Positions 1-11,309 of a DNA stretch of 64,000 bases are shown piece after piece. The stretch's first letter is position 1; each line of letters starts with the position of its first letter. Where the stretch lies: positions 64,001-128,000 of the forward strand of contig JBBILD010000011.1 in assembly GCA_037445065.1 (NCBI GenBank). The letters are read 5' to 3'. The notes beneath the pieces were generated by a model. The model was not told where the DNA came from. It searched no databases and saw only the letters and a list, made by a program, of their open reading frames with translations. Source of the DNA: Myxococcales bacterium (GTDB lineage Bacteria; Desulfobacterota; Binatia; HRBIN30). The translations under genes were made by a program, and so were the position numbers.

Positions 1-57
1 CCTTCAGCCAGCGGGCCCTGAAACAGGGACGGCCAAAAGAGGCGCCAGATACCGATC

Positions 58-558
58 CTACGCTGCTTCCGAAGCCTTTTGGCGAGCGGCCGACTTCTTC
101 CGGCGTCGGGGCACGAAGGGAAGAATCTTATGCCGGCGTGCGGCGCGCAGTCGAACCCGACCGATCTTTGCCCGCTGCTCTGGAGGCTGGGCGAGGAGTT
201 CGTCCTTCCACTTCTTCAGGTTCCTGCGGAAATACTCGGCATCGATGTCGAGCACGCTGCAAATGGACTCGAACGAGAACACCCAGCTGTTGTCCTCGTC
301 CATGAACCACTCCTCCGCCTCTTGGAAGAGCCGGCGCGAGCGGGGGCGCGTAGCACCAGCGTACTTTTGGAAACAAGCCACTGCGTCTTCGAGAATTGCC
401 AGCATCAACCTGCGCTCGCCTTCCAGGACCCGTAGGTGACGATTCCGGGTGTAAAACTGCGAGGGCAGCAACACTTCCGGTTCCACAAGTCGGGACGAAC
501 CTCCCCGCGAACTGGTTCCGTCGTACTCTCTGGACTGCCGCAAGGGCGTGGACTCCAT
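58..558 (-). CDS. Conserved hypothetical protein (PEVLLPSQF...ERRLMLAILEDA...FSFESIC family) with a basic C-terminal tail
   Basis: 166-aa ORF with an AGGAGG-type RBS upstream. It resembles an uncharacterised family I recall as paralogous in Binatota (recollection, unverified). Confidence 0.75.
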   Translation of the reverse strand: MESTPLRQSREYDGTSSRGGSSRLVEPEVLLPSQFYTRNRHLRVLEGERRLMLAILEDAVACFQKYAGATRPRSRRLFQEAEEWFMDEDNSWVFSFESICSVLDIDAEYFRRNLKKWKDELLAQPPEQRAKIGRVRLRAARRHKILPFVPRRRKKSAARQKASEAA

Positions 559-605
559 TCGGCTCTTCCTCCTTCCGTACGGACCAAAATTGTTAGGCGT
601 TTTCC

Positions 606-622
606 TGCACGGCGAATGCCAA
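606..622 (-). promoter_or_regulatory. Putative sigma54 (-24/-12) promoter
   Basis: Minus strand reads TTGGCATTCGCCGTGCA, i.e. GG-N10-GC with TGGCA and TGCA, about 48 bp upstream of the ATG at 558. Confidence 0.6.
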
Positions 623-763
623 CCGCAACGCGCTTTCGAATCAAACGAGAATCCGAACTAGGTTTCGGCTTGGAGTTCGAGATGCCATCGTGCTGAAATT
701 CCTTTGTCCTGAAACAGTGCACCTAGACTGTTGTGAATTAAGACGATCCGGGGCGCTCGTGGC

Positions 764-1909
764 TCAAGGTAGGCCGAGAATTACGACGCAGGACACCGCG
801 CCTGGCCCGCCCACGTTATGAGCGAGGCCGAGTTCGGGGGAGCGCACCTGCCGTTCGCCGCATTCTCCGCGCAACTGGGTGACGCATTCATAGATCATGC
901 GCACACCGCTGGCGCCGATCGGGTGCCCAAAGGATTTGAGCCCACCGCTGGGGTTGATCGGGAGGTCGCCGTCAATACGGGTGCGGCCTTCCCGAACCCA
1001 TCCAGGGGCTTCTCCTTTGCGGCAGAAACCCAAGTCCTCCATGTTGGAAAGTTCCGTCCAGGTAAAGCAGTCATGCACTTCTGCAAAGTCAATGTCGCTC
1101 GGTTGTACACCGGCCATGGCGTAGGCTTGTTGCGCCGCCTGTTGGGTAGAGCGAAAGCCGAGGTAGTCGAAGGTCGGATCGAAGTACGGGCGCCCGGAGG
1201 TGACAGCCATTCCGAACCCTTTGACTAGGATAAAGTCTTTGCGAAAGCGCGGAGCGAGTTCGCGCTTGCAGAGGATGGCCGCCGCCGCCCCGTCGGTGGT
1301 GGGGCAGCAATCGAACAAGCCGAAGGGCCAGGCAATGATTGGCGCCTCGAGCACTCGCTGTTCGGTGATTTCCATGCGCAAATGTGCCTTCGGGTTTCGC
1401 GCGCCGTTGTAGTGGTTCTTCACTGCCACTTTGGCCAGCACGTCCCGCCCGACACCAAAGGTGTGCATGTACCGGTTGGCGGCGAGGGCGAAGAGGCCCG
1501 GTGCGGAGTTTCCCTTCGCGATCAGCGGGTGGCCGAGCCGGGGCAGACCGCGCCCAGGCCGATCTTTGAGCTTCTCGGCACCGAGGACCAAGACGATGTC
1601 GTACGTTCCCGAAGCGATGGCCAAACACGCGTTGCGAAACGCATCGGTGCCCGTCGCACAGTAGTTTTCGACGCGGGTGATGGGGCGGTCGTACAGGCGC
1701 AGCGCATCTGCCAGTGATACGGCTGCTTTGCCACCCGCGGGTCCCGGGAGGTAGGTGCCCAGGTAGGCGGCTTGGATTTCGGCCGGGTCAATGTTGGCAT
1801 CCGCGTAGGCGGAAAAGGCAGCGTCGCAGATCAAGTCTTCGTAGCTTTGCTCGAAGAGGTCGCCAAACTTTGTGCAGCCCACACCAATGACCGCAACCGT
1901 ATCTCGCAT
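764..1909 (-). CDS. SCP2/SCP-x-type thiolase (acetyl-CoA acetyltransferase)
   Basis: ENYCATG (catalytic Cys), EVHDCF, NPSGGL and GHPIGASG motifs. Confidence 0.9.
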   Translation of the reverse strand: MRDTVAVIGVGCTKFGDLFEQSYEDLICDAAFSAYADANIDPAEIQAAYLGTYLPGPAGGKAAVSLADALRLYDRPITRVENYCATGTDAFRNACLAIASGTYDIVLVLGAEKLKDRPGRGLPRLGHPLIAKGNSAPGLFALAANRYMHTFGVGRDVLAKVAVKNHYNGARNPKAHLRMEITEQRVLEAPIIAWPFGLFDCCPTTDGAAAAILCKRELAPRFRKDFILVKGFGMAVTSGRPYFDPTFDYLGFRSTQQAAQQAYAMAGVQPSDIDFAEVHDCFTWTELSNMEDLGFCRKGEAPGWVREGRTRIDGDLPINPSGGLKSFGHPIGASGVRMIYECVTQLRGECGERQVRSPELGLAHNVGGPGAVSCVVILGLP

Positions 1910-1939
1910 GGGTTCTCCCTCGCTGTCTCAGGTAACGTA

Positions 1940-3340
1940 TTACCGTGGCGGGCGAGCTTTCCAAAAATAGTTGTAGTTGCCGCCGCCTTCGTGCAAGCGC
2001 CGATAGGTGAGTACCATGGGCGCGCCGATCTGCACCTCTTCCTCGCAGAAATCGGTGACTTGCAAGTACAGGCGCCCGCCCCCGTCCAGGTCCAGGACCA
2101 CCATGGGCAAAGGATGCTCGACGTTGGCGATCAAGTGGTCAACCGTGAAGCTGAACACTGTGCCCCGACGGGCGAGCTTTACCTCCTCGAGTTGTTCTCG
2201 CGCTTTGCAGCGAATGCAGACGCGCGCCAACGGGTACTGCACCGTGCCGCAAGCCGTGCAGCGGCTCCCGTACAAGCGGACGTCCTGCTTAAGCTCTTTG
2301 AATTCCAAGATGTTCGTAATCGCTTCGCCGCTCTCTTCGCGGGGTAGAACCCGGTGATACTTGAGGTATTTCGCATACGACGGCAGTGGCAGGCGCGCGT
2401 TCACCCAGTCCTGCACGCGGCGGGTGGGGCGCTGGCGTTCGACCTGCTCGGTGGTTCGCAGTAAAACAGCGTCGGCACCTTCACCGAACGCTGCCACGAT
2501 GATCCATTGGCCCGCGCTAGCCTGTTCCAGTGCTTGGGCTAGGCCGAAAAACGGGTCCGCAGCTCCGATACTACCCACTTGGGCAGCCGGGGGCAGGAGA
2601 AGCTGGTTTCGTTCATCGAACCCCACGCGTTTTGCCACCTCAACAGCCGCGCGAGGTTCTGGTGCATGGAGCACGAACTTCCACACCTGGGTCGGGCTGA
2701 GGCCGTTACGTTCGAGGAGGACCCGAATCGCCTCCGTCATGTCCCGGGCGTAGCCGTAGGACTGGGAGAACTTGCCTGGAAAAGCGCGCACGAAGACGCT
2801 GTCTTCGGTGCGCCACAGGTAGGTAAACTCCTCGGCAACAGAGGCTGCGTCTGTAACTTGAGCGACCCCGCCGTCTGCTCCCACCATCAGCGCTGCGGCT
2901 CCGTCCCCAAGCAGCCCCTCGATCTCGGACTCCGGTTCGGCCACGCGTGCCTCGCCTGCTGCCACCAGCACACCCCGGTTGGCCCCGCTGTCTACCGCCT
3001 GTACCGCCGCAACCAAGGCAGCGAGGCCGGCGCGAGCGGAGCCGGCAAAGTCAGCGGTGCGAGCAAGGCGTGGGAGGTCACAAACTGTGGCAGCAAAGGC
3101 AGCGAGCTGTTTTTCCCGGTACGGAGCGCTCGTACTTGCAAAGAAAAATCCGTCTACCCTGGCAGTGCTGCTCTCCAAGCAGTGTTGCGCAGCCTCGATT
3201 GCCATGGTGAAGGCGTCCTCGTCGTAATTGGCTACGGCAATTTCGCCCGACCGGGCTTCCTGTCCCCAGGCTTCCGCGATTGCCGCTCGAGGTAAGCGCA
3301 GCCGCGGAAGGTACGCACTATATGCTGTGATGCTTGCCAT
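1940..3340 (-). CDS. HMG-CoA-synthase-like domain fused to a DUF35 (Zn-ribbon + OB-fold) domain
   Basis: N-terminal AYSAYLPRLRL...DEDAFTMAIEAA; C-terminal CTACG..YP...CIRC and OB-fold ending NYFWKARP. Start ATG at 3340 with an AGGTGG RBS. Confidence 0.85.
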   Translation of the reverse strand: MASITAYSAYLPRLRLPRAAIAEAWGQEARSGEIAVANYDEDAFTMAIEAAQHCLESSTARVDGFFFASTSAPYREKQLAAFAATVCDLPRLARTADFAGSARAGLAALVAAVQAVDSGANRGVLVAAGEARVAEPESEIEGLLGDGAAALMVGADGGVAQVTDAASVAEEFTYLWRTEDSVFVRAFPGKFSQSYGYARDMTEAIRVLLERNGLSPTQVWKFVLHAPEPRAAVEVAKRVGFDERNQLLLPPAAQVGSIGAADPFFGLAQALEQASAGQWIIVAAFGEGADAVLLRTTEQVERQRPTRRVQDWVNARLPLPSYAKYLKYHRVLPREESGEAITNILEFKELKQDVRLYGSRCTACGTVQYPLARVCIRCKAREQLEEVKLARRGTVFSFTVDHLIANVEHPLPMVVLDLDGGGRLYLQVTDFCEEEVQIGAPMVLTYRRLHEGGGNYNYFWKARPPR

Positions 3341-4832
3341 ACATCCACCTGCGAACTTGCCAGAAGAGAAGCGGGATCCCGAAAACGAACCAGAGCGAAC
3401 TCCCCGGGCGGGACCGCGGGTCAAGATTGCAACCTTCGCCACTCACACACACCCCTGCAGCGAAACAACGGGGTGTGGGAGTGTCCGATGGCCCTGGGGT
3501 TGGGGTTGTCGTGCGGGTTCGGGTAGGTGAGGGGGTGGGGGTCTCGGTCGGCGTGTCCGTTTGAGTTGGTGTGCGGGTGAAGGTGGCTGTGGTGGTAGCG
3601 GTTGCAGTGGGAGTCCGCGTCGGAGTCGCGGTGTTGGTGGGGGTAGCCGGAGGGAGGCTGCTGAGAAGGAAAGACAAGCTGTTCGCTCCGATCACAACCA
3701 GGTCCTCTTGGCCGTCACCGTCGAGTTCCCCTTGGCTGATCCGCGCCGCACCAGAAGGGGTGGTGCAGCGTCCAGAGGTCGGACTGTTCGCGAGGCAGAG
3801 GTTGGTGACTTCTTGGAACGAGCCGCCGCCGAGGTTTCTGAGGAACGCCACGGTCGCGTCGCCCGTGCTGAGGGTCGCGATATCGGGCAAGCCGTCCCGA
3901 AACCAGTCGAAGACTGCAAGACTGCGTCCGCGCAACAGTGGCGCGGACACTGCCGCGTTGCGCGGGGGCTGCCACTCGAGTTGTCCGTTCGTGGAAAAGC
4001 CAAACAGAACGACGGCAACTCGCCCGTCCACTGCCCCGCTTACGGTAGCGAGGTCTGTCACCCCGTTGCCATCCAAATCGGCGGCGACCAAATCAGTCGC
4101 CGACAAGCCTACGCTCTGGGTCCCAAAGAGAGAAAAGGATCGGGCGGGGAGCGGAAACGTGTCTTGGAGAAAGACAGACAGGTTGCCCGTGGCAGCGCTG
4201 ACAGCGGCGAGGTCTAGGCGGCCATCCTGGTTAAAATCGGCAGTGACCAGATCGCTGACCGGTCCGCCCGCTTCCATGGAAGAACCCAACTCAAAGGTTT
4301 CTTGCGTCCCGTAGAGCACCAAAATGGTGTTGTCGTTGCCGGTACCCACCACCAGATCGAGGCGCCCGTCTCGATCGAGGTCGCCCACCCGAACGGTGCG
4401 AGGATCCGTACCCGCAGACAACGCCGTGCCAGCCACCGCGAGGCTACCGTTCCCGTCGTTCGCCAGCAGCCAGACACCATTGCTTGCCGCAACAACCGCA
4501 TCCAGCCACCGGTCGCCGTTCCAATCAGCCAGGGCCAAACTGCGAGGGGCAGCGGGCACCGGGACTTGCGCAAAGCGAACAGCCCCCAGGCAGTCCCCGC
4601 TGGCAAAACGCTGGCGGTCGAGAAACGCGACCACGAGTTGGCTGGCTCGGTCGTCGGCAAGCACGAGGTCAACGGTCCCGTCTCGATTCAGATCTCCACT
4701 CGTCGCCGCAGCGATCGAGGCTGAGACCGGGACATCGCATGTCAAGAAGCGCGGTTCCTGCGCGCTTGCCGCGGTTGCTAGGAGGAAGGTGACTAAAGAG
4801 GTACCAAAGCGGAGCGAGGAAGCCGAAGTCAT
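3318..4832 (-). CDS. Secreted FG-GAP/VCBS repeat protein with a Thr/Pro linker and a Cys-containing C-terminal sorting-like tail
   Basis: Signal peptide (ATAASA-Q); repeats GDLNRDGTVDL, ADWNGDRWLD, GDLDRDGRLDL, ADFNQDGRLDL. ATGA overlap with the upstream stop. Confidence 0.85.
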   Translation of the reverse strand: MTSASSLRFGTSLVTFLLATAASAQEPRFLTCDVPVSASIAAATSGDLNRDGTVDLVLADDRASQLVVAFLDRQRFASGDCLGAVRFAQVPVPAAPRSLALADWNGDRWLDAVVAASNGVWLLANDGNGSLAVAGTALSAGTDPRTVRVGDLDRDGRLDLVVGTGNDNTILVLYGTQETFELGSSMEAGGPVSDLVTADFNQDGRLDLAAVSAATGNLSVFLQDTFPLPARSFSLFGTQSVGLSATDLVAADLDGNGVTDLATVSGAVDGRVAVVLFGFSTNGQLEWQPPRNAAVSAPLLRGRSLAVFDWFRDGLPDIATLSTGDATVAFLRNLGGGSFQEVTNLCLANSPTSGRCTTPSGAARISQGELDGDGQEDLVVIGANSLSFLLSSLPPATPTNTATPTRTPTATATTTATFTRTPTQTDTPTETPTPSPTRTRTTTPTPGPSDTPTPRCFAAGVCVSGEGCNLDPRSRPGSSLWFVFGIPLLFWQVRRWMYGKHHSI

Positions 4833-7690
4833 CGAGAAACCCTTTGCCGCCGCCCGCGCAGGTTGCGCAAGACCCAGAGTGGAAGCAATCCCAGCAGGAA
4901 ATCCCACCCGGATACGTCCTTGCGGCCACTCACCGTGCAGCCGCCCGAACTGAGATTGAGGGTGCCGGGCTTCAGAGTCTTCGTCGGGGAGCTCGTTGGT
5001 AAAGGGGTAAGGGTTCGCGTTCGGGTCGGCGTCGCTGTCGGGCTGCCACTGGGCGTAAATGACGGGGTCGGGGTGACCGTGGGTGTGAGGGTGTGGCTAG
5101 GCGTGAACGACTGGGTGGCGGTTGCGGTAGGAAGGGGGGTGGGCGTGTGGGGAGGCCGGCTGCTCACTAACACCGTGATGCCGCCGCCACTGCCGGCGCG
5201 GCCAGCGTTGGCAACCAAGACATCCGGGGCCGCGTCCCCGTCCAAGTCTGCCACGGCCAGCGCTACCGGCCGTTGCAAGCGGAGGGGGAAGGGAATGAGG
5301 CTGCGCGCGAAAGCCCCGTTTCGCTCGGCAGGAAAGAACACCAGCGTGTCGTTATTTGCGTCGGCTACGACAAGGTCCGTCATCGTATCGCGATTGAAAT
5401 CCATGGCAGCGATAGCGCTGGGAACCGCCGGCGCAGAACTTCCACTGGGCTGGGAGACGACCAGAGTCTGCGAAGCCGAGAGGAGGAGGGCTCCAGTGGA
5501 AGAAAGGCGCCCGAGCACCACTGTCATGGCGCCGCTGTTGCCAGGGCTAAAGGCGACAGTCGTGAGGGCGAGGTCGGGAACCGAGTCATCTGCCTCGAGT
5601 ACAGCACTCGCGAATGCAGAGGGTACCCCGTTGAGGAGCAATGGAGGCAGGGGACGAAATCCGCCCGTGCGTGGAGGGCAGGTTTCCCCGCTCGGGGTCG
5701 GAGGAAGAGCTAGCTGTTCGAACACCGTCACGTCAGAAGCTTGTTGGCTAAATGCCGCGATGTCGGGACGGCCGTCCCGATTGAAATCCGCCGTGACGAT
5801 TCCATCCGCACCGCGACCAAAGGCCAACGAGCAGGCAGGCTCGTAGGCGCGACGTTGTAGCCGGTTCCCCATCACTGCGGAGAAGGTCACAGCGCCGCTG
5901 TTCTGGCGGGCGACCAACAAATCCAACGCGCCATCTCGATCGAGGTCCACCGCATCCAAACCGGTTGCGTCCGTGCCCCTGAGCAAGGGGTTCTGGGCAC
6001 TCGGCAGCAGAGCGCCGCTGCCGTCGCCGTAAAACACGTGGAGGCCGTTCGCGGTTGTGACCGCCACGTCGAGTCGGCCATCCGCGTCGAGATCCACCAC
6101 CCGGAGGTTGCGAGGCGCACTCGGCAAAGGAACTTCGCCGAGGAGCGACCAGTTCACCACCTCGCAAGCGGTGGCAGCGCCTCGCTGCGGCCGAGTTTTC
6201 AGAACCAGCAAGCGGGGAGAGGCGGCGTCCGCACCAATCACCTCTAGGGTTCCGTCGCGATCGAGATCGCCTGTGCCGATCGCGACCACGCTGGCTGCGA
6301 GAGCCGGTTGGCCGGGGGAATCGGTCTCGCAGGAGGTAAAAGGCGCAGTCGGGATCGGAGTCGGCGTCGGTGTGGGTTGCGGAGTTGGCGTGAGGGACAT
6401 GGTCGGAGTCGTCGTCGCGGTGCCCGGGGTACCGCCGACCGGCGTGCCTGGCGAGGCTGTGGGGGTTTCCGTCGGGGGCTGGGGTTGGCCGGTGGTGTTG
6501 AGGATCACACGCGCTTGGTTTCCGTCCGGAGAAAGGGTGACAAGATCGGCTCGCTGATCTCCGTCGAGGTCTGCCAACAAGATCGTGGTCGCATCGCCAC
6601 CCAGCCCCCCCGCGGGAGCCTGGACTTGGAATCCGTTTTCATCCGGGAGCACCTCGAGGAACGGACTAGGGTCAAAACAAACCTCGCTCGGCTGCCTGCA
6701 AAGGATGGTAACTCCTACGCCACCGCTTGTATTCGAGGCTGCGAGGTCGAGTTTCCCATCGTTGTCCAAATCGCCTGCCGCCAAACCGATCGAGTCAACC
6801 TCGACAAAGTCCGTGGCTGCCGTCTCGAAGGAGTCACCGGTGCCGAACAGCAGCGAGACTTTTGCATCCACATCGATGCCGCTGACGGCGGCAAGGTCGT
6901 CGAGCGCCGAATCACGTCCGAAGTCGCCAGCAACGAGACCCGCGGGACGATCTCCAACGCTGAAGAGCTGCGGTGTTTGAAAGGTTCCGTCGCCTCTGCC
7001 CAACAATAGGACGACGCGGTTTCCGCCGGAGCTACTTACAGCGAGGTCCACAAAGGAATCGTTGTTGAAGTTACCGGCAACGATCGCGTAATTGTCGCGG
7101 GTGCCAGGGCCGGTGGAGATACTAGGGGTCGGAAAGTCATTGAACTGCCCGTTGCCGAGCCCTTTGAGCAAATGGATCGTGCTCGAACTCAGCACAGCCA
7201 AGTCGAGTCGGCGGTCGCCATCGAAGTCCGCCGCGACGAGACCGCGGGGAGACGGGTCGACCAGAAATCCATCCACGAAGTTTTCATCGGCTTCGAAGGA
7301 GAAATCCTCGACGGATTGGAGGAGGACCGAAACACTGCCGCTGGCTCGATTGGCGGTGATGAGATCCGGTCGCCTGTCGCGGTTCACGTCCGCGATAAGC
7401 ACGGCGACCGGCTCCCCAGCGGTATCCCCAAACTCCTGCAGTTCGAAGTTCCCGCGTCCGTCGTTGAGGAAAATCTCGACTTGGTCTTCGCCCGGCGACG
7501 TGACCACTAGGTCCGCGGCGCCATCTTCGTTGAGGTCTGCGATGGCCGCCGCTTGTGGACCCGGGTTGTCGCCCGCGTTCACATCCAGCGTAGAGAGCTG
7601 GCGAAAGGTAATTCGTGCGCTTACCGGATTGGCCACGCTCAGCCACAGCACAACGGCAACCCAGAACCCAGCACGGTGCGGCGGTCGCAT
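4829..7690 (-). CDS. Large secreted FG-GAP/VCBS repeat protein (two repeat blocks, two Thr/Pro linkers, MYXO-CTERM-like tail)
   Basis: Signal peptide (NPVSA-R); more than 10 DxNxDGxxD repeats; tail SSGGCTVSG...WDFLLGLLPLWVLRNLRGRRQR. Confidence 0.88.
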   Translation of the reverse strand: MRPPHRAGFWVAVVLWLSVANPVSARITFRQLSTLDVNAGDNPGPQAAAIADLNEDGAADLVVTSPGEDQVEIFLNDGRGNFELQEFGDTAGEPVAVLIADVNRDRRPDLITANRASGSVSVLLQSVEDFSFEADENFVDGFLVDPSPRGLVAADFDGDRRLDLAVLSSSTIHLLKGLGNGQFNDFPTPSISTGPGTRDNYAIVAGNFNNDSFVDLAVSSSGGNRVVLLLGRGDGTFQTPQLFSVGDRPAGLVAGDFGRDSALDDLAAVSGIDVDAKVSLLFGTGDSFETAATDFVEVDSIGLAAGDLDNDGKLDLAASNTSGGVGVTILCRQPSEVCFDPSPFLEVLPDENGFQVQAPAGGLGGDATTILLADLDGDQRADLVTLSPDGNQARVILNTTGQPQPPTETPTASPGTPVGGTPGTATTTPTMSLTPTPQPTPTPTPIPTAPFTSCETDSPGQPALAASVVAIGTGDLDRDGTLEVIGADAASPRLLVLKTRPQRGAATACEVVNWSLLGEVPLPSAPRNLRVVDLDADGRLDVAVTTANGLHVFYGDGSGALLPSAQNPLLRGTDATGLDAVDLDRDGALDLLVARQNSGAVTFSAVMGNRLQRRAYEPACSLAFGRGADGIVTADFNRDGRPDIAAFSQQASDVTVFEQLALPPTPSGETCPPRTGGFRPLPPLLLNGVPSAFASAVLEADDSVPDLALTTVAFSPGNSGAMTVVLGRLSSTGALLLSASQTLVVSQPSGSSAPAVPSAIAAMDFNRDTMTDLVVADANNDTLVFFPAERNGAFARSLIPFPLRLQRPVALAVADLDGDAAPDVLVANAGRAGSGGGITVLVSSRPPHTPTPLPTATATQSFTPSHTLTPTVTPTPSFTPSGSPTATPTRTRTLTPLPTSSPTKTLKPGTLNLSSGGCTVSGRKDVSGWDFLLGLLPLWVLRNLRGRRQRVSR

Positions 7691-7764
7691 GAATGGCGGC
7701 CTTATTCGCCGTTGCCTCCTGTTTTGTCAATGCGCGAAAAGACGGTGCTGCCGCAAATACAGCG

Positions 7765-7809
7765 AAAAAAACATGGGTGCTGCGTTCGCGGGGAACGCCA
7801 GCACCCATG
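7765..7809 (-). terminator. Rho-independent terminator of groEL
   Basis: Stem CATGGGTGCTG.../...CAGCACCCATG followed by 7 T on the minus strand, about 35 bp after the groEL stop. Confidence 0.8.
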
Positions 7810-7844
7810 CTTCGAGATGCGTGGATCGGAGACGGAGACTGGGG

Positions 7845-9482
<1,638 letters not shown>

Positions 9483-9773
9483 TCATTTCTCGATCACGGC
9501 GAGGATGTCTTCCTCACGCATGATCAGGTAGTTCTCGTCGTCTACTTCGATCTCACTTCCCGCGTACTTACCAAATAAAACGCGATCCCCGGGCTTTACC
9601 GAAAGGGGCGTGCGCTTGCCGTCTTCGTCCAACCGGCCAGGACCGACGGCCACGACCTTGCCTTCTTGCGGTTTCTCTTTCGCCGTGTCGGGGATGATAA
9701 TCCCGCCCTTTGATTTTTCCTCTTCTTCGATCCGCTGGACCAAGACGCGGTCTTGCAAGGGTCGAATCTTCAT
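9483..9773 (-). CDS. groES: Co-chaperonin GroES
   Basis: [10 protein letters not shown]...[16 protein letters not shown]...[22 protein letters not shown]. Confidence 0.99.
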   Translation of the reverse strand: MKIRPLQDRVLVQRIEEEEKSKGGIIIPDTAKEKPQEGKVVAVGPGRLDEDGKRTPLSVKPGDRVLFGKYAGSEIEVDDENYLIMREEDILAVIEK

Positions 9774-9837
9774 AGTCCTCCTCCTTTCGGGTCTCGTCGT
9801 AGATGAGAAGATATCGGGTTCGAGAAAACCCGGCGGC

Positions 9838-9865
9838 AAGCTAACGGGCGGCAAAAATCTGTCAA
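9838..9865 (-). promoter_or_regulatory. Putative sigma70 promoter for groES-groEL
   Basis: TTGACA-N16-TAGCTT on the minus strand; the -35 hexamer overlaps the dnaA TGA stop. Confidence 0.6.
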
Positions 9866-11262
9866 GCCCGTTGTACGGGCGAGAGTCCTCCGCCGGCGCA
9901 AAGCTGCGCTTTGAGGTTCTGGATCACGCGGGCGAGTTCCGGATCCTGTTGCTGCCGTTGCTCAGCGCAGCGAACTGCGTAGAGGACGCTCGTATGATCC
10001 CGCCCTCCAAACTCTTGCGCAATCGCCGTTAGGGAAGCCCCTGCTACCGTGCGAGCCAAGAACATGGCAACCTGCCGGGCGATGCAAGCAATCCGGTCGC
10101 GTCGTTGCGAGCAAAGGTCTTCGACAGTGATCCCGTAATAATCGGCAACATGACGTTGGATCGTGGCCACGTCTGGAGGACTGGGTGCGACCGCCACCCC
10201 TGGCGCTCCCAAGGCTTCATCCAGCAAACTCGTGTCAATGGACCGGTTCAAGAAGGAGGCCAACGCCAAGACCCGGTTCAAGGCTCCTTCCAACTCCCGC
10301 ACGCTCGGTCCGGCACGCAGCGAGATGGCCTCGAGGAGTTCCACCGGCAGTTCGACTCCCCGTGCGGTGGCCTTGCTCTGCAGGATCAGGACGCGCATCT
10401 CGGGCGTCGGCGGACGCATGTCTGCGATCAGTCCGCCTTCGAACCGGCTCCGTAACCGCTGTTCCAAGCGGGCGATGTTTTTCGGGGGTTCATCCGAGGT
10501 CAGCACCACTTGCCGGCCTTCGTGATAGAGGGCCTCGAAGGTGTGGAAGAACTCCTCTTGCATGCGATCCTTACCCGCCAAGAACTGCACGTCGTCGAGG
10601 ATCAACGCATCCAGCCGCCGAAAACGATCGCGGAACTCGGGCATGCGGTCATTCTTGAGTGCCTGGATCAAGAGGTTGGTGAACGTCTCCGCGGACAGGC
10701 AGCCAATCCGCTGCCGCTTCGACTCGCGCAGCAGCTCATGGCCAATGGCGTTGACCAAATGGGTTTTTCCGACTCCTACGGAGCCCCAGAGGAACAGGGG
10801 ATTGAAGCGAGTCGCGCGGCCGTTTGTGGCCACCGCACGGGCCGCCTCGTATGCGACCTCGTTGGCGGCGCCCACGACGAAGCGCTCGAACGTGTAGCCG
10901 GGGATCAGGCGGCCGACCGCCGGTCCCCGTGGCGCCCGCTCCACCGTCGTCGCGCTCGCAGTCGGGGGCGCGGTCGGTGTTGGCTCGGTATGTCGCGCGT
11001 CACTCGATTGCCGACTCGGGCCCGGACTCACCACGACACGAATGACGGGAGGCGGACTGCCGGGCTGCCGCAGCGCAGAAGCGATGGCGCGCAGGAAATG
11101 CCGAGACACCCAGTCTTGAAAGAAACGGTTCGGCACTTCCAGGCGATAGCGCCCTTGCTCTTCAATGAGCCGCGTGGGCTTGATCCAGGTCTCGTAATTC
11201 CGCTCGCCGATCACCTCCTTCAGATGCGCCAGACTCCCACTCCGTTCCTCTTCCATCTGCAT
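9862..11262 (-). CDS. dnaA: Chromosomal replication initiator DnaA (possibly a second paralog)
   Basis: Domain [86 protein letters not shown] at 11262 with a GGAGG RBS. Confidence 0.95.
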   Translation of the reverse strand: MQMEEERSGSLAHLKEVIGERNYETWIKPTRLIEEQGRYRLEVPNRFFQDWVSRHFLRAIASALRQPGSPPPVIRVVVSPGPSRQSSDARHTEPTPTAPPTASATTVERAPRGPAVGRLIPGYTFERFVVGAANEVAYEAARAVATNGRATRFNPLFLWGSVGVGKTHLVNAIGHELLRESKRQRIGCLSAETFTNLLIQALKNDRMPEFRDRFRRLDALILDDVQFLAGKDRMQEEFFHTFEALYHEGRQVVLTSDEPPKNIARLEQRLRSRFEGGLIADMRPPTPEMRVLILQSKATARGVELPVELLEAISLRAGPSVRELEGALNRVLALASFLNRSIDTSLLDEALGAPGVAVAPSPPDVATIQRHVADYYGITVEDLCSQRRDRIACIARQVAMFLARTVAGASLTAIAQEFGGRDHTSVLYAVRCAEQRQQQDPELARVIQNLKAQLCAGGGLSPVQRA

Positions 11263-11309
11263 GCGCGCCTCCGTGCTCTTCGAAGGTTTCCAGTCGGCCG
11301 GCGCAGCGC

